The notes below the pieces were generated by a model. It made no database searches. It was not told where the DNA came from and saw only the letters and a list, made by a program, of their open reading frames with translations. From Dendrobates tinctorius (Eukaryota), in the NCBI RefSeq assembly GCF_039654945.1, contig NW_027361704.1, positions 42,036,001 through 42,100,000 on the forward strand: a stretch of DNA of 64,000 nucleotides, in the 5' to 3' direction. A program made the position numbers and the translations under genes. How positions within the stretch are numbered: the stretch's first letter is position 1; the number at the start of each line of letters is the position of its first letter. Below are positions 60,948-64,000 of the stretch, one piece after another.

Positions 60948-62554
60948 CAGTGGGGCAAAAAAGTATTTAGTCAGTCAGCAATAGTGCAAGTTCCACCACT
61001 TAAAAAGATGAGAGGCGTCTGTAATTTACATCATTGGTAGACCTCAACTATGGGAGACAAACTGAGAAAAAAAAATCCAGAAAATCACATTGTCTGTTTT
61101 TTTTTTCATTTTATTTGCATATTATGGTGGAAAATAAGTATTTGGTCAGAAACAAGCAATCAAGATTTCTGGCTCTCACAGACCTGTAACTTCTTCTTTA
61201 AGAGTCTCCTCTTTCCTCCACTCATTACCTGTAGTAATGGCACCTGTTTAAACTTGTTATCAGTATAAAAAGACACCTGTGCACACCCTCAAACAGTCTG
61301 ACTCCAAACTCCACTATGGTGAAGACCAAAGAGCTGTCAAAGGACACCAGAAACAAAATTGTAGCCCTGCACCAGGCTGGGAAGACTGAATCTGCAATAG
61401 CCAACCAGCTTGGAGTGAAGAAATCAACTGTGGAAGCAATAATTAGAAAATGGAAGACATACAAGACCACTGATAATCTCCCTCGATCTGGTGCTCCATG
61501 CAAAATCCCACCCCGTGGGGTCAGAATGATCACAAGAATGGTGAGCAAAAATCCCAGAACCACGCGGGGGGACCTAGTGAATGAACTGCAGAGAGCTGGG
61601 ACCAATGTAACAAGGCCTACCATAAGTAACACACTACGCCACCATGGACTCAGATCCTGCAGTGCCAGACGTGTCCCACTGCTTAAGCCTGTACATGTCC
61701 GGGCCCGTCTGAAGCTTGCTAGAGAGCATTTGGATGATCCAGAGGAGTTTTGGGAGAATGTCCTATGGTCTGATGAAACCAAACTGGAACTGTTTGGTAG
61801 AAACACAACTTGTCGTGTTTGGAGGAAAAAGAATACTGAGTTGCATCCATCAAACACCATACCTACTGTAAAGCATAGTGGTGGAAACATCATGCTTTGG
61901 GGCTGTTTCTCTGCAAAGGGGCCAGGACGACTGATCCGGGTACATGAAAGAATGAATGGGGCCATGTATTGTGAGATTTTGGAGTGCAAACCTCCTTCCA
62001 TCAGCAAGGGCATTGAATATGAAACGTGGCTGGGTCTTTCAACATGACAATGATCCAAAGCACACCGCCAGGGCAATGAAGGAGTGGCTTCGTAAGAAGC
62101 ATTTCAAGGTCCTGGAGTGGCCTAGCCAGTCTCCAGATCTCAACCCTATAGAAAACCTTTGGAGGGAGTTGAAAGTCCGTGTTGCCAAGCGAAAAGCCAA
62201 AAACATCACTGCTCTAGAGGAGATCTGCATGGAGGAATGGGCCAACATACCAACAACAGTGTGTGGCAACCTTGTGAAGACTTACAGAAAACGTTTGACC
62301 TCTGTCATTGCCAACAAAGGATATATCACAAAGTATTGAGATGAAATTTTGTTTCTGACCAAATACTTATTTTCCACCATAATATGCAAATAAAATGAAA
62401 AAAAAAACAGACAATGTGATTTTCTGGATTTTTTTTTCTCAGTTTGTCTCCCATAGTTGAGGTCTACCTATGATGTAAATTACAGACGCCTCATCTTTTT
62501 AAGTGGTGGAACTTGCACTATTGCTGACTGACTAAATACTTTTTTGCCCCACTG
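60948..62554 (+). mobile_element. Young Tc1/mariner transposon with ~200-bp TIRs
   Basis: TA|CAGTGGGGCAAAAAAGTATTTAGTCAGTCAGC...reverse complement|TA; near-identical TIRs. Confidence 0.95.
61316..62339 (+). pseudogene. Tc1 DD34E transposase with a single frameshift near 61980
   Basis: [10 protein letters not shown]..., [32 protein letters not shown]. Confidence 0.92.
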
Positions 62555-62760
62555 TATATAAACACCATTGAATTGACCCCCTTTCCCCAAGTTGAAAACA
62601 AAACATATTTGCAATCCCCATATTCATGAGTCCAATCTTTGAAATGATAATTAACTCCTATAATAAATGTCATTCAGAAAAAAAAGTTGCCTGATCAGAC
62701 ATTTTTTCAGCCATCTCGTAGCCCCCAAAAAATGGGATAAAAAGTGATCAACTAGTCTTA

Positions 62761-64000
62761 GGGCCCCGTCACACATAGCGACTCACCAGCGATCCCGACA
62801 ACGATATCACAGTAACAAAGTAGCATAGTTAGTAAGGCCGAAAAAAGACATTAGTCCATCCAGTTCAGCCTATAAAATTCTGTCAGAATAAATCCCCATA
62901 TCTACGTCCTTCTAAAGAACCTAACAATAACTGTAAGATACAATATTGTTACGCTCCAGGAAGACATCCAGGCCTCTCTTGGACCCTTCGACTGCATTCG
63001 CCATCACCACCTCCTCAGGCAGGGAATTCCAGATTCTCACTGCCCTAACTGTAAAGAATCCTCTTCCGTGTTGGTGGAAAAACCTTTTCTCCTTCAGACG
63101 CAGAGAATGCCCCCTTGTGACCGTCACCTTCCTTGGTATAAACAGATCCTCGGAGAGATATTTGTATTGTCCCCTTATATACTTATACATGGTTAGTAGA
63201 TCGCCCCTCAGTCGTCTTTTTTCTAGACTAAATAATCCTTATTTTGCTAATCTCTCTGGGTATTGTAGTTCCCCCATCCCCTTTATTAATTTTGTTGCCC
63301 TCCTTTGTACTCGCTCTAGTTCCATTATATCCTTCCTGAACACCGGTGCCCAAAACTGTACACAGTACTCCATGTGCGGTCTAACCAGAGATTTGTGCAG
63401 AGGCAGTATAATGCTCTCATCATGTGTATCCAGACCTCTTTTAATGCACCCCATGATCCTGTTTGCCTTGGCAGCCGCTGCCTGGCACTGGCTGCTCCAG
63501 GTAAGTTTATCATTAACTAGGATCCCCAAGTTATCAACTTGTCAGGATCGCTGGTGCCTCGCTACATGATCGCTGGTGAGCTGTCAAACAGGCAGCTTCA
63601 CCAGCGATCAGCACCAGCGACGTCGAGCGCGCGGCGTCGCTGTGTACGTTAGTTACCAGCGTGCTGATGAAGGGAGCTGGTAACTAAGGTACACACTAGG
63701 TTTCTAAGCAGCATGCGTCACTTAGAAACCTGATGTGTACCTTGGTTACCAGCTCCCTGCCTCAGCGCGCTGGTAACTAAGGTACACATCGGGTTTCTAA
63801 GCACCGCACGGTGCTTAGAAACCCTGCGTTTACCTTAGTTACCAGCGCGCTGATCGCTGGTCTCCCGCCTGTCACACGCAGCGATGCGTGCTGGCCAGCG
63901 AGAGACCAGCGATCAAAAAAATTGTCCTGGCCATTCCAGGACCATCATCGATAACCGCCAGGGGGGGCCGGTCGCTGGTCAGTGTCACACACAGCGATCT
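62761..64000. mobile_element. Harbinger-type MITE (family of 13432-13926) interrupted by a CR1; runs off the window edge
   Basis: TTA|GGGCCCCGTCACACATAGCGACTCACCAGCG; homology resumes at ~63532. Confidence 0.75.
62810..63531 (-). mobile_element. 5'-truncated CR1 LINE (ORF2 C-terminus plus 3' tail)
   Basis: [15 protein letters not shown]...[12 protein letters not shown]...TRGHSLRL...FFTVRAVRIWNSLPEEVV; short-repeat tail at 62810-62835. Confidence 0.9.

Overview
This is eukaryotic DNA, not prokaryotic. The repeat repertoire (Tc1, DIRS1, Gmr1-like Gypsy, CR1, L2, TTAA-, TWA- and 8-bp-TSD MITEs, Helitrons) points to a vertebrate, most likely an anuran amphibian (inference). The only host-gene piece I can support is a 132-bp minus-strand exon of PCBD2 (57833-57964). 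I found no next PCBD2 exon by eye, so most of the window is probably one long intron filled with nested transposons. Highlights: (1) A 350-bp non-coding insertion (51827-52176) with a 15-bp TSD carries a textbook type I hammerhead ribozyme and folds back on itself, like a retrozyme. Three more short insertions have long TSDs and no poly(A); two of them have hammerhead-like cores and one is a 174-bp-arm palindrome. (2) Two DIRS1 tyrosine-recombinase retrotransposons have gag regions interrupted by apparent GT-AG spliceosomal introns. One intron is shared and carries a conserved 15-nt motif; the other is present in only one element. (3) An unclassified long-TIR element sits next to a TIR-less inverted copy of its own interior. 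(4) Repeat-free islands rich in posterior HOX/CDX-type motifs may be long-range enhancers. All coordinates were read by eye; those marked ~ are approximate.
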